Source: Pelagomonas calceolata
Lineage: Eukaryota
Length of the DNA: 64,000 bases
Direction of reading: 5' to 3'
NCBI GenBank assembly: GCA_918797485.1
Contig: CAKKNE010000006.1
Span: 2,542,001 to 2,606,000 of the forward strand
In this document: positions 42,150-52,575 of the stretch, one piece after another
Numbering within the stretch: position 1 is the stretch's first letter
Layout: every line of letters starts with the position of its first letter
Program-made: the position numbers and the translations under genes
The notes under the pieces: model-generated
Database searches by the model: none
What the model was told of the DNA's origin: nothing
What the model saw: the letters and a program-made list of their open reading frames with translations, nothing else

Positions 42150-43109
42150 ATGCTCCTCCGAAATCTCACCATAACACGCTGCAACTGGAAGGCACCAATA
42201 GCGCTACCGGAAAAACTAGCCGAACGACGCGCCGCCTTCCTCGCCCGCGCGACGGGCCCGCAGCTCAAGCGGCTCTGCCAGAAGCCCCAGCTTTCAGATA
42301 GAGACGCAGCCTTACTGGACGTCTGGCGGCGCCTCGCGCCGCGCCACGCCGTCGCGCGGCGCGTGATTACCGATATTGGTATCGAACCAGCGAACGCCTT
42401 GGTCGTGGGAGCCGGCGCGGCGACGGTCGCGGCGCTGCCTTCATTTACGAAGTGTACGATGGTGGAGGCCACGCCGGAAAGGGAGGCCGCTGCTCAACAG
42501 CTGCTCGACGACCCGGGGATCGAGTATCTCTCAAATCTAGCCGCGGTCGCCACGCGCGAGCCCTCGCCCGAACAGGTCTTTGATTTCGTGATCGCGACGG
42601 ACCACTTCGTCAACTGTGATGACCCGGAGACGCACCTGGCCGTGCTCTGGGGCTGCGTGGCCGAAAATGGTCTGCTGGCCCTGATCGAACGGGAGTCTAC
42701 ACCAATACGTGAGGCGCGCTCCAGACTCATGAGCGAAGGCACGCCCCTCGAGCCGAGCACGTCGGAGCTATTGCCCCAATGCTTCGCGGAGCCGCTGGCG
42801 GGCCCGCCGCCGCGGTCGACGCGGAAAGCCGACGCCGGGACGGCCCTCAAGCGGCGGGCCCAGCGCGTCGAGAAGTTCGCGAGCTGCGTCGTAAGGCGCG
42901 GCGGCGGCGTCGAAGGCGGGCGCCGCCGCCGCGCGATCGTCACGGCGACGCCGCTGAAGCGCGCCGGCCACGTCGTCGTCGACGCGCGCGACGACCTGGG
43001 CGCGGAACGGCGCCTGACGCTGTCGCGCGCGCGGCTGCGCGAGGCGGGGACGCCGTTCAAGGACGCGCGGCGCCTGACCATCGGTTCAGTGTTGTCTTGG
43101 GACGAGTAA
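42150..43109 (+). CDS. Rsm22/METTL17-like mitoribosomal methyltransferase-fold protein
   Basis: VVGAGAAT, LWGCVAENGLLALIE, EKFASCVVRRG, PLKRAGHVVVD. Confidence 0.65.
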   Translation: MLLRNLTITRCNWKAPIALPEKLAERRAAFLARATGPQLKRLCQKPQLSDRDAALLDVWRRLAPRHAVARRVITDIGIEPANALVVGAGAATVAALPSFTKCTMVEATPEREAAAQQLLDDPGIEYLSNLAAVATREPSPEQVFDFVIATDHFVNCDDPETHLAVLWGCVAENGLLALIERESTPIREARSRLMSEGTPLEPSTSELLPQCFAEPLAGPPPRSTRKADAGTALKRRAQRVEKFASCVVRRGGGVEGGRRRRAIVTATPLKRAGHVVVDARDDLGAERRLTLSRARLREAGTPFKDARRLTIGSVLSWDE

Positions 43110-43429
43110 TTTTTGTGTTGTGCTGTGCCTTCCACCATCGGCATCTGCGTTCTCCCCGTCATGGATGACTTCACACATGTCTGAGCCTGCGTGTGCGGGT
43201 TTTCTCGGCAGCTCGAGCTCTGAGCCTGAAGTGCTGGCCTGTGCGCGCGCGCCGTCCGTTAGACACAGCGCACCGTCCATTTCAATTACGACGCATCGGC
43301 CAGGGCGCGAATTTGGGTCGTTTGCGACGCCAAGGCCAAATTTACTAAAATTCGAAAGTTCTACATATCTTGATTACACAGCTCGTGTGCTCGCGCCCGC
43401 CAGCCACCGTCACGCAGGCACACAACGAA

Positions 43430-43780
43430 ATGGCTCGCCTCCTCCTCGCCCTCGCCCTCGCCCTCCTCGGCTCCGCCAACGGCCTCGGGTCGTCCACCAC
43501 GCCCGAGCCCGAGCTCGTCGCGTGCCAGGTACAGGGCAGTCCCTCCGTTTTTGGGGGCAAGACTTGCACCACGCCAGGTGAGATTTGCACAATGGGAGGA
43601 CCAGCAACGGCCTATATTGGGAGCCCTGGAGCCTGTATCCTCCTCCCGAATACTTTTTTTTTATGCGGCTGCTGCTTGAATGATGTCGGTGAGGAAGGTG
43701 GTGCGATCCCTGAGGAGGGTGTGAACTACAACACGGAAGAGAACGACGGAGTTATTATTCCCAAGTGCCAGGCGCCCTAG
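43430..43780 (+). CDS. Small secreted Cys-rich protein
   Basis: Signal peptide MARLLLALALALLGSANG; 8 Cys in the mature part. Confidence 0.7.
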   Translation: MARLLLALALALLGSANGLGSSTTPEPELVACQVQGSPSVFGGKTCTTPGEICTMGGPATAYIGSPGACILLPNTFFLCGCCLNDVGEEGGAIPEEGVNYNTEENDGVIIPKCQAP

Positions 43781-44016
43781 GCTCCCCCGGCGGCCACGCG
43801 AGGACCTGCAGTGTCTCGTCCTCTTGAAACCCTCCGCGAAGTTACCTGGGGCCCGCGACCGAGTAACTTACCCCCCACACACACCAGACTCGTATATCTA
43901 GCACAATCTATATTTTAATCGGGGAGGAGACGAGAGAGCGGAGTCTGAGACGCCTCGCGCGTACGCCGCCGACGCCTGCTCCCGAGCAGGACGGGTGACT
44001 CACACATATGACCTAC

Positions 44017-45192
44017 TTAGAGCGCCCCCCGCGAAAAGACGGAGGCGCCGTGCTCGTCGTACTCGCTCCGCAGGACCCACATCGACTTGAACGTCGCCAG
44101 CGAGGCTAAAATAGATCCGCCAATCCAGCACGACAGGGCGCGCTCCGGCGGCGCCCGGACCCGGATCGTCGTATCCGGCAGCTTCGACCGTAGATCCTTC
44201 ACGAGCCGCTCGCCGAAGCCCGGGAACAGCGTCGAGCCACCAGCTAAAACAACGGACTCGTACATCGTAGCACGCAGGTCCAGGTCCGCCCTTCTGCAAG
44301 CCAGGGCGACGAGGTCTGCCGCGCCCGGCTCCTCGCTACCCAGCACGGAAGGGTCAAATAGCGCCTCCGACGCGCGGAACCTTTCGCCCTCCAGCCTGAC
44401 ATGAGACCCGTCCGGCAGTTTAAATGAGCGCGGCTGCGCATCTGCTAAGTTTGTGGAAGGCAGTGTCCCCTTCCGTGCCAACGCCGCGCTCATGGCATGT
44501 TCGTCGCGCGACGCGTCGGCAGATACGTAGCAGCACTGTTCCTTGATCTCGCGCACGACCTCCTTTTCAGCAGACGTCTGGGCGTGGAAGCCCGCCCTCC
44601 TTAGTAATAACTCAAGGCGCTTCGAGATGGCCCGTCCACCAACTTCGCTCCTGACGACCGCCGAGCGCACGGCCAAACCTTCGTAGACGGGCACCGCCTG
44701 GGCGACGCCGTCCCCAATATCTAGGACGAGACCTGTGGTTCTGCCGCCGGCGTACAACGACAAAGCCGCTTGCGGCGCGATATGGAGAGCAGGAACACCT
44801 AAATGCTCAAACAACACCTCCGCACATTTCTCCCTATTGGAGTCGGGATTCAGCGGCGCCTCCGTCATCAGCAGGGGATGGCCGTCGTAACTCGCCTCGA
44901 TCATGTTATAGGCGTGACTCCACACTCTTTCTGCATCCGCCCAGTCCGTCACGCGGCCGCTCTCCATCGGTCTTGATAGTACTAACGCCCCTCTGTGCTT
45001 TCTACAAGCATCTCCAATCACAACGTCCACACCTTCCAGCGCGCCGCCGGGCATGACGCGCTCATGCTTGACCCTCCCACAGATACTGTCAAACACGACC
45101 GTCGGCCGGTCGCCGCCCGCGAAGCCGGCCTTTAGGATTGCGGTGCCGTTGTCTATTACGACGGGCTGGCTGAGGAGGACGGCGCTGCTCAT
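44017..45192 (-). CDS. ARP1: Actin-related protein 1 (centractin, dynactin)
   Basis: QPVVIDNGTAILKAGFAG, GRVKHERVMPGGALEG, TEAPLNP, SLYAGGRTTG, WIGGSILASLATFK. Confidence 0.88.
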   Translation of the reverse strand: MSSAVLLSQPVVIDNGTAILKAGFAGGDRPTVVFDSICGRVKHERVMPGGALEGVDVVIGDACRKHRGALVLSRPMESGRVTDWADAERVWSHAYNMIEASYDGHPLLMTEAPLNPDSNREKCAEVLFEHLGVPALHIAPQAALSLYAGGRTTGLVLDIGDGVAQAVPVYEGLAVRSAVVRSEVGGRAISKRLELLLRRAGFHAQTSAEKEVVREIKEQCCYVSADASRDEHAMSAALARKGTLPSTNLADAQPRSFKLPDGSHVRLEGERFRASEALFDPSVLGSEEPGAADLVALACRRADLDLRATMYESVVLAGGSTLFPGFGERLVKDLRSKLPDTTIRVRAPPERALSCWIGGSILASLATFKSMWVLRSEYDEHGASVFSRGAL

Positions 45193-45478
45193 CGTTGGCT
45201 GCTTTTTGCGCTCGTTTGCTGCTTTTGCGCGCGCGGCGCTCGTTTGTGTGTGCTCCTTTTTTTGGCGGCTCTGCGGGCGCGCAAGTTGCAGGAATGCGCT
45301 GCTGCTGGGAGATTCGATCGATGCGAAACTGACGAACGTCTCGCGCGCCGCAAGCACTGCAGTGGCTCCTCTCAGCTTGCGCGCGACGGATGCGCTTTTG
45401 GCTTCCTAGTGTGTCTCGAGACGCTAGCTCGTAACTTGGCGGCGTTGTAAAAATACTCGCAAAAACTCCCGCCGCCCC

Positions 45479-45838
45479 ATGGTCTACTACTCTCGCAGAC
45501 AGTGCTCCAATCCAGACGACTGCGCCGACGCGCGGACTCCGAGTCCCACCGTGGAGAGAGTATTTAACGCCATTGCGAGCTCGTCTGCTCCTGATGATCA
45601 TAAAATCTTGCGCGCATATATTGTGCTCGCCCTGAATCTCATACTATTCGCCGTGTTGGCCCGCGCTGGCTATCGCGCGCTGACGCGGCCGCGCGCGCCG
45701 CCCGCGGGGCGGCACCATCGCCGTAACTCGAGCCTGACCATGGAAAAAATGATGGACGGCATCGAAGGGTCGGACCGAGGCTCGCGAGACTCGCGAGACT
45801 CGGACGTCCGACGACGGAGCGTGACGAAGCCGGAGTAA
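45479..45838 (+). CDS. Small single-TM hypothetical protein
   Basis: 119-aa ORF with TM segment AYIVLALNLILFAVLA. Confidence 0.55.
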   Translation: MVYYSRRQCSNPDDCADARTPSPTVERVFNAIASSSAPDDHKILRAYIVLALNLILFAVLARAGYRALTRPRAPPAGRHHRRNSSLTMEKMMDGIEGSDRGSRDSRDSDVRRRSVTKPE

Positions 45839-45927
45839 ATTTATAAATTTATACAAGCCTCGACGCCGCCGCGTCGATGGCGTGAACGAAACGGATCCCC
45901 GTCCGATGCCAGAGCAAGGAAAATTTA

Positions 45928-46374
45928 CTACACTAATGTACCGCATGGATGAAGATCTTTGGGGGATCGCTTCTTCTTGAGCCAGCACCAGAATCGTTTC
46001 TTGGGCTTGCTTTCGCGCCGCGAATCGCGCGGCACCGGCATCGAGGAAGCGCTGTCGAGGCTATCGAGTGTGGATGCTTCCGCTAGCGAGGCGCCGCCGA
46101 GGCTATAGTCCGCGCCCAACCTCGGGTACTGAAGCGCTGCCAGGCTCCCGTACGGTGGTCGCGAGTTTCGGGGCGTCTCTTGCCCGTTGGCCTCGGTGAA
46201 GAGGGCGTCCGTCAAACCGGAGAGGACACTTGGCGAGATGGAGCCTTGACCTGCGCGCGGACGAGCGGTGATGCACTCCGGCCCGCCGCGACGGCGAGCA
46301 GACGTCACGTCGCGTAGCTTCGGGCGCGGGCTTCTACTCTCATCGTTGGCTTTGGTGCGCTTAATCTCATTCAT
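45928..46374 (-). CDS. Hypothetical low-complexity protein
   Basis: ORF from ATG 46374 (MNEIKRTK...), Ser-rich, basic C-terminus; no recognisable domain. Confidence 0.4.
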   Translation of the reverse strand: MNEIKRTKANDESRSPRPKLRDVTSARRRGGPECITARPRAGQGSISPSVLSGLTDALFTEANGQETPRNSRPPYGSLAALQYPRLGADYSLGGASLAEASTLDSLDSASSMPVPRDSRRESKPKKRFWCWLKKKRSPKDLHPCGTLV

Positions 46375-46860
46375 TTCTATTAACGTTGCTAGCGCAACAG
46401 GCCACGGCGGAGAGAGAGAGAGAGTACTTAAGCGGTCACGAACGAGAGAGAGAGAGAGCGGTAACTTGATCCAATGCACTGATGCAGCTGCTTGTTTTCG
46501 ACTTCGTTTACACGTTAAATTGATCGCGGGCGTAAAAAAAGTCCTACCGCTTTGCTCCCTGCTTTGCAGTCTGTATCGGCGCTCGTTTGGGCGCCGATGG
46601 CCCGATGAAGAGCCTACATAGGTGGTCGTGGACCTTCGCACGAATCCGCACGGCGAAGGTAAATAGCGCTCCGCAGCCAGTGGAGGCCCCTCGAGTCCAT
46701 TGGTTAGCGCGATAGGCGTCCCGAGATCGGCGGGAGACATGGGGTCTGCGGCGGCGGTTCCCGAGCGTACAGAGCGGCTTTAAGCTCTAAACTTCACTAT
46801 TCGGGGGTTCAGTCGGAGAGGTCTGTTTTCAAAAGCCATCCGCCTAGGCCTGTACACATG

Positions 46861-46897
46861 TATACATATAGTATATATCCATATATATATATATATA
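46861..46897. repeat. Imperfect (TA)n microsatellite
   Basis: TATACATATAGTATATATCCATATATATATATATATA. Confidence 0.85.
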
Positions 46898-46982
46898 CGG
46901 ATTCCTAGTGTGTCGATACGCTAGATCGCTAGTTCTTGCGGCTCGCCAAAATACACCAGCGATTGACGGTGCCTTCTACCGT

Positions 46983-47625
46983 CCAAATGGTCCATCATAT
47001 CAACTCCAGCCCAGTTTTCATACACAATCGACGGAACCGGAGCCGACGGCCCGCGCTCGGAGGGCGGGAAAAGAATTCTACTAGACAACTCCCGAGTTTA
47101 TGTTCGTTTCCTTCCGTTTGTTGGGGGTAGAGTCCATCCATATCGATTGAACACGTACTCATCTATTTTAGGTGCTCCGTTAGAGCCGCGCGAAACGTCG
47201 AATCCGCGACCCCACGTTTAGACGTAGCCGGTCTCAGATCCTAACCCTGCGAGTATCAGCGACGCCACTACCCAAATGGACCACAACGCCGTTGTTCTAT
47301 TCACAATCGACCGACTTGCCCGTTCTCCGCGGACGACGGTGCGGAGACGGAGCACCAGAATGGCCCCAGACCAGTGGTTTATAAAATAAATTTGCTTTTC
47401 AGGCGCTTCGGTTGTGGGACGGGCCAGAAAACCGGCCTGAGCAAGTACTACATTTGATTACTGTTCCCCAATCCTCCGCGCGGATCTTCGGTCTCGGGAC
47501 CCCACGATCTTGCTTAGACGGCGCTTCTACCCAGACCTGCGACCATCAGCCCGTGTACCATCACCATGGACCATAACGCGATCATTTGTTTCATGAACGA
47601 CGGACTTACGCGAGGTCCAGATCAA
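46983..47625. repeat. Degenerate tandem repeat, period about 290 bp, a little over two units
   Basis: ATGGWCCA at about 46987, 47276 and 47566; GACCCCACG at 47208 and 47498; CCTGCGA..ATCAGC at 47246 and 47536. Confidence 0.7.
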
Positions 47626-48473
47626 GATGTTCACGTCCCGAGCGTGGGCAATCCAAAGTACCCTTCTCGTGGTGTAGATGTCATATACTTGTAATTGACT
47701 ATCGCTGGGGTAGTATGGGGTCCAACGAGACCGCTACGGCGACTACTGGGGGCCCTCGGGTACTTGCCGTATTTGACGGGAACGGGGCGCCATCGGGTCC
47801 AAATTGCCCACTTTTTTCGGGGGCAGATCGGCTCTCGGGCGCCCTCTGGGATAGGTCTGGGGTCAGGTAGTCGCCGACACCGCATGCGTCGATTCTTGGG
47901 GCTCTCCAGAGAGCTCTGGATCCAAAACTTTGGGGGCTTGGGCTCCGGCCCGATGTCTGGCTGAGGACCTGTACTGATATGTATCTACCGATGGAAGTGC
48001 CCACGCATGCGGCGTAGGCGATTGCACGTGTCTAATACCGACCTCAAAGCGACCCCAGGGAGACCTCCGGACTGCAAATCGACAGGATTCCATCGACGCG
48101 CCCGCCCTGGTGGCGTCGTCAATATCGCGAATTAAAAAAAATATTTTTTTTAGGCCCCGGTACGTGTCCCATTGATCTCTTTGGGCCAGTAGCGAACCAA
48201 ACGACACTCGAACGACTCCGTGGCGCAGCTCTTCGGATCCCCGACGCCGTCGACAGCTGCGCGCCCGACCACTCTACACGCAGAGCCAGCCGAGCACGTC
48301 AGCTCCGTCGGAGTGAGCGCCGCGCGGCGATGGCGTCCGCGAGGGGACTCCTACCCGCCGGCACGCCATCGCCGCGACGCTGGTACCTTGGAATCAAGGC
48401 GTCGACTCGACGCGGTCAAGATGGAGACAGACCTTTTCTTATTGTCTGGACAGGGAGGAATGAATGCACAGGC

Positions 48474-49367
48474 CTACTTCGCCGGCGACTCGTCCTCCTT
48501 GTTCTTCTTCACCTTCTTGTGGTAGCCCTCCCTACCTCTCTTCCGGCACGCGTCGCACTTCGCGGTGTGCCGCTTGTTCGCGAAGGCCGGGATCGACCGG
48601 AACTTCTTGCAGCCCTGGCACCACTTGAAGTAGACGTCGGTCGCGCGGTGGCGCCAGGTCGACTTCGTGCAGGCGTCGCAGACGTCCTTGCATTGTTTGG
48701 GGATGACGCAGCACTGCGGCTCGCAGCCCGCCCGTCGCCGGTCCTCGGCCTCCGCTTCCCTCCCGCACATGACGCAGCGCTTCCGCTCACCTCTCCCGAC
48801 CTTCTCGAAGTTCAGCAATGTTCTAAACTCAAGGTTGTCCTCGTTGTTCTCCTCGCCCTCGACGTGCGCTGGTAACCTTTCATCGGTCACCGTCTCACTT
48901 ACAACTCCGGCGTAGTCCGTCAAGATGGACATGCGGAACCTGGGAGCGGCGCCCTTGTGGGCTTCGCTACGCTTCGAGTCGAGCTTCGGAGGCGTCGGCG
49001 GCGGCGGCGGCGCCGCGGGCTGCGAGGGCATGCCCGCTAATGTCGAAGCTACGGCTTCCGCCGAGATGGGCGGCAGGGGTTCATAATATTCATCGGGGGC
49101 GCCCTCGGGTTTTCTACCTTGCTCGATCGCCGTTCGCGCTTCATTTACCGCGTCCAAAAAAATTGAACGGACGCGGGGGTCCCAGGCTTCCGTGAGCCAG
49201 TCCATGTCCTCGGGCGGGGCGGTCGCGAGCTCGTCTATGGTCGAGGCATACAGACAAGCCTCGCGTAATGCCTCGGGCTCGTCGACGCCCCTCCCTTTGA
49301 GCCAGGTCTCGAGGGTCTTCGTTCGTCTGGCGCGCTTCGAGCGGGGGGGCTGGACGATGTCGGTCAT
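48474..49367 (-). CDS. Cys-rich zinc-finger protein with an SBP-like C-terminal motif; probable DNA-binding protein
   Basis: CVMCG...CVIPKQCKDVCDAC...FKWCQGCKKFRSIPAF...KCDACRKRGR followed by a basic tail. Confidence 0.7.
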   Translation of the reverse strand: MTDIVQPPRSKRARRTKTLETWLKGRGVDEPEALREACLYASTIDELATAPPEDMDWLTEAWDPRVRSIFLDAVNEARTAIEQGRKPEGAPDEYYEPLPPISAEAVASTLAGMPSQPAAPPPPPTPPKLDSKRSEAHKGAAPRFRMSILTDYAGVVSETVTDERLPAHVEGEENNEDNLEFRTLLNFEKVGRGERKRCVMCGREAEAEDRRRAGCEPQCCVIPKQCKDVCDACTKSTWRHRATDVYFKWCQGCKKFRSIPAFANKRHTAKCDACRKRGREGYHKKVKKNKEDESPAK

Positions 49368-49950
49368 CTTGTTGTTTTGCGCTGCTGTGCTTCCTGGAGA
49401 ACGCGCGAGAAGCGACGGCGCGTTCTCGCGGCTTTGGCAGGAGGTGAGCGGCTTGTCCTAGGGCTGGCAGGTGCCCGGAAGGTGTTGGGTGGCCCGACGG
49501 TCGTTTCTGTCGCGTCGGCACGAAGTCGCAGCGCTCCGAACACCACAGCGCTGCAGCTGGTTCGTGTGACCCCGTGTGATCTCGGGGCTGTCTCGAGAGC
49601 TCCGGAAATCGCCTCGACGATAGCACTGATGTATTCCCAGCGGCTGGACTGTTTCCTGGATAATCACAAGGCTTTAACTGTGCCAAAACAAGGCATTTAG
49701 CACATCCTCAATCGCTCAATGTGCCATTGGAGCTCCCGGCCCGGCCTCTCTCCAAATGCGACAAGACGCCTGGAGGCGACACGTGGACGTGTCCGTCGAC
49801 TTCTATATCGCAACCACAGTCGCATCCGAGCTCCGATTTGGTAGGCAGATTTGCTCTGGCGCCGCGGCAAAAAAAAGCAGCGCGGCGCGCGGATATGGCC
49901 GTCAATTTGAATGTACAGCGCGCTGACAACATATAGTATCCTCTCGTGAC

Positions 49951-51333
49951 ATGGGCATTTTCGACAAGTGGCGCCACGTCGAGAGCGATGACGACAACGA
50001 CGCTGTCATGCGCTCTCAGTCTTCAGACGAAGGCGCGGCGCCGCCGCCGAGCCCCAAAACGCCGCCGCGCCGCCGCCCGCTGACACCGCGCAACGCCCGC
50101 GCGCCGCCGCGGCCCAGCCGCTCGTCGCCGCTCAGCGACGCGCGCGCGCCGCCGCGGCCCTCCACGAGCAGCCGCGCGTCGCCGCACTTCGCGACGCCGG
50201 CGAGACCGGCAAGACCGGCTCAACAATCGCCGGCGCACGACTGGCCCGTCGAGCCGCCGCCGTCGCCGCCGTCGCCCTTCCTGCGCACGGCGGCGCCGTG
50301 GCGGCCCGTGCCCCCGACGCCGCCGCCGTCGCCCTTCCGGCCGGAGCCGGCGCGGGCGCCGCGGGCCTGGTCGCCGGCCCAGCCGCCGCTGCCGGAGGCC
50401 GCGTGGTCGCCCGCGCCACCCGCACCGGCGGCGGCGCCGTCGCCCTTCCGGCCGGCCGCGGCGACGGCGCCGGCTCCCGAGTGGCCCGCCCTTGACGACT
50501 CGTCGAACGGCATGAACGCGGGCGCCGCGGCGTGGGAGCCCGCGCCTCTCGCCGCGCCGGTTCCCGCGCGGCCCGCGCCACCGCCGCCGCCGCCGGCTCC
50601 CGTCGCACCGCAACCGGTGGCGTGGTCGCCTGCGCCGCCCGCACCGGCGCCGGCGTGGTCGCCCGCGCCGCCCGCACCGGCGGCGCCGTCGCCCTTCCGG
50701 CCGCCGCCGTCAGTCCCGGCCGCGCCGCCGACCGCGCCGCAACCGCCGGCATGGCCGGCGACGCAGCCAGCGCCGCAGCCATCCGCGTGGCCGGCCGCGC
50801 CCTGCGCCCCACCGGCGCGGGAGTGGCCCGCGGCCCCGGCGCCCGCGGCGTGGCCCGCTTCGCCGCCGGTCGCGCCGCGGCCCCAGCCGGCTCCCGCATG
50901 GCCGGCCGCGGCGCCGTTCGCCCCGCCGGCGCCGGCGCCGACGCGACCGGTCGCGCCGCCGCCGCCAGCGCCGGCGTGGCCGCCGTTCGCGCCGGAGGAG
51001 GCGCCCGCCGCGCCGCCGACGCCGCCGCGCGAGCGCGCGGAACGGAACCGGAGAGCCGCGCTCGCGCGCCGCGCGGCGAAGCGAGCGCAGCAGCGGTCCG
51101 ATCTCGACGTGGACCGCCTGCTCGCCGAGCCGTCGCCCTACGTAGCGATGCCGCCGCCCGAGGCGCCGCTCGCGCGCCGCGCGCGGCCGCGGCCCCGGCC
51201 CCGCGCGCGGCGCTTCACGCCGCCGCCGCCCGCCGCGGCGCAGACCGAGGACGAGTACTTCGTCGACGAGCTGCTCGACGCGATTGGCTGCCTCCCGTTC
51301 TCGAAGGCCCCGCTCGCGAAGCCGTCCTTCTGA
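49951..51333 (+). CDS. Pro/Ala-rich low-complexity protein with repeated AW[PS]xA and PSPFR motifs
   Basis: 460-aa ORF from ATG 49951; recurring Trp-centred short repeats. Confidence 0.65.
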   Translation: MGIFDKWRHVESDDDNDAVMRSQSSDEGAAPPPSPKTPPRRRPLTPRNARAPPRPSRSSPLSDARAPPRPSTSSRASPHFATPARPARPAQQSPAHDWPVEPPPSPPSPFLRTAAPWRPVPPTPPPSPFRPEPARAPRAWSPAQPPLPEAAWSPAPPAPAAAPSPFRPAAATAPAPEWPALDDSSNGMNAGAAAWEPAPLAAPVPARPAPPPPPPAPVAPQPVAWSPAPPAPAPAWSPAPPAPAAPSPFRPPPSVPAAPPTAPQPPAWPATQPAPQPSAWPAAPCAPPAREWPAAPAPAAWPASPPVAPRPQPAPAWPAAAPFAPPAPAPTRPVAPPPPAPAWPPFAPEEAPAAPPTPPRERAERNRRAALARRAAKRAQQRSDLDVDRLLAEPSPYVAMPPPEAPLARRARPRPRPRARRFTPPPPAAAQTEDEYFVDELLDAIGCLPFSKAPLAKPSF

Positions 51334-51440
51334 GCGACTTATGGACCCTCAAGACCCAAGCCAAGACCGAAGAGTAACCTACATTCCCCCAATCACGGTG
51401 ACAGACTAGTACACTCTCCGCGTATTAATAACTAGCCGCA

Positions 51441-51521
51441 CCGACCCGCCTTCGCCGCGACTCCGCGCCGACACGCCGTCGACGCGACTCCGCGCCGACC
51501 CGCCGTCGCCGCGACTCTGCG
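51441..51521. repeat. Three tandem 27-bp units in the eIF4E 3' region
   Basis: CCGACMCGCCKTCGMCGCGACTCYGCG at 51441, 51468 and 51495. Confidence 0.85.
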
Positions 51522-51537
51522 CCCGCCGCCGCGCCAA

Positions 51538-52254
51538 CTAGACCCCGTGCATCTTCCACTGGAAGTCGTCCGCGCCCAGCCCGCGCCCCTTCGGCTGCTT
51601 CCCGTCCAACATCACCTCGATCATCTTGTCGAGTATCTTTTTGATGACTTTGGAATCTTTCGTGCGCAGCCAGAGCTCGATGCGAAAGACCTGGTTCGAC
51701 CCCTTATTTCCAGACTTGTCGACGATGCGCGCGCCGCAGATCTCGTCCTTGTCCTCGATCGTATGTCCGACCAACCCCAGGACGATGTTCTGCCACCAGT
51801 CGTCGATCATCGGCGAGTCCCTTCCATCTCTACTACTTTTCCGCAGATTCCACTCGCCTCCACTCATGTTCGCCGAATCCTCCCATTCCGGCGAGATGCC
51901 GTCCTTAAAGAGCGAGAAGGACTCGATCTGGCGGTCGTCCGGCGGCTTGCCCACTCGCTTCCTAGCTTTCCCGTCGTAGAACACGGCACTCGGCGTCGGG
52001 ATATGCGCGTAATATTTCCAAAACTCCTCAACAGTATCAAAGGTAAAGAGCTTCCGCTGCAGCTCGCCCCACTCCTTCTTCGACATGGTCTTCTTCTCGG
52101 CGGCCTTGTGCTCCCAGAAGGTCCACTTGTGCTCGAGCGGGTGCGGGCCCGCGTCGGCGGCGGTCGCCGGCTCCGCGTTGGCCTCAGCTACCTCGCCGTC
52201 CTCCTTATCGGGCGGCGGCGGCGGCGCATCAGCCGCCTTGGCCTCCTCCGCCAT
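51538..52254 (-). CDS. eIF4E: Translation initiation factor eIF4E family
   Basis: HPLEHKWTFW, FDTVEEFW, SLFKDGISPEWED, GGEW, ICGARIVDK, RIELW. Confidence 0.93.
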   Translation of the reverse strand: MAEEAKAADAPPPPPDKEDGEVAEANAEPATAADAGPHPLEHKWTFWEHKAAEKKTMSKKEWGELQRKLFTFDTVEEFWKYYAHIPTPSAVFYDGKARKRVGKPPDDRQIESFSLFKDGISPEWEDSANMSGGEWNLRKSSRDGRDSPMIDDWWQNIVLGLVGHTIEDKDEICGARIVDKSGNKGSNQVFRIELWLRTKDSKVIKKILDKMIEVMLDGKQPKGRGLGADDFQWKMHGV

Positions 52255-52575
52255 AACTTTGGGGTGCGCCCGCTCGGCAGCCGCGCGCGCGGTCTCCCGC
52301 GCGTCCGGCGCCGCTGCGGACGCTGGTCGTCGCTGGCGCCTAGCTCTGGTGAGCTACGCGTCGGCGGCGACCGGAGCTGGACCTGCGCGCTGGCAGGTCC
52401 AAAGAGATCACTCAGGCACCCTTCCCTAGCTTGTGTTGCTAGGCGGGAAGGGGCCACACTGCCCACACAGGGCCGCAAAAGCGAATCGCGGACAAAGGGT
52501 GCGGGGGACGGGTTTTGCCGCGTTTTTTAAAGCCTCGAAAAATACGCCGTCGGCGCGAAACTCTCATAAATAAAC

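Noticed and set aside
43839..43872. GTTACCTGG / AACTTACC resembling the U1 snRNA 5' end, within a short AAGTTAC/GTAACTT hairpin
   Set aside because: No exact ATACTTACCTGG, and no recognisable U1 stem-loops or Sm site.
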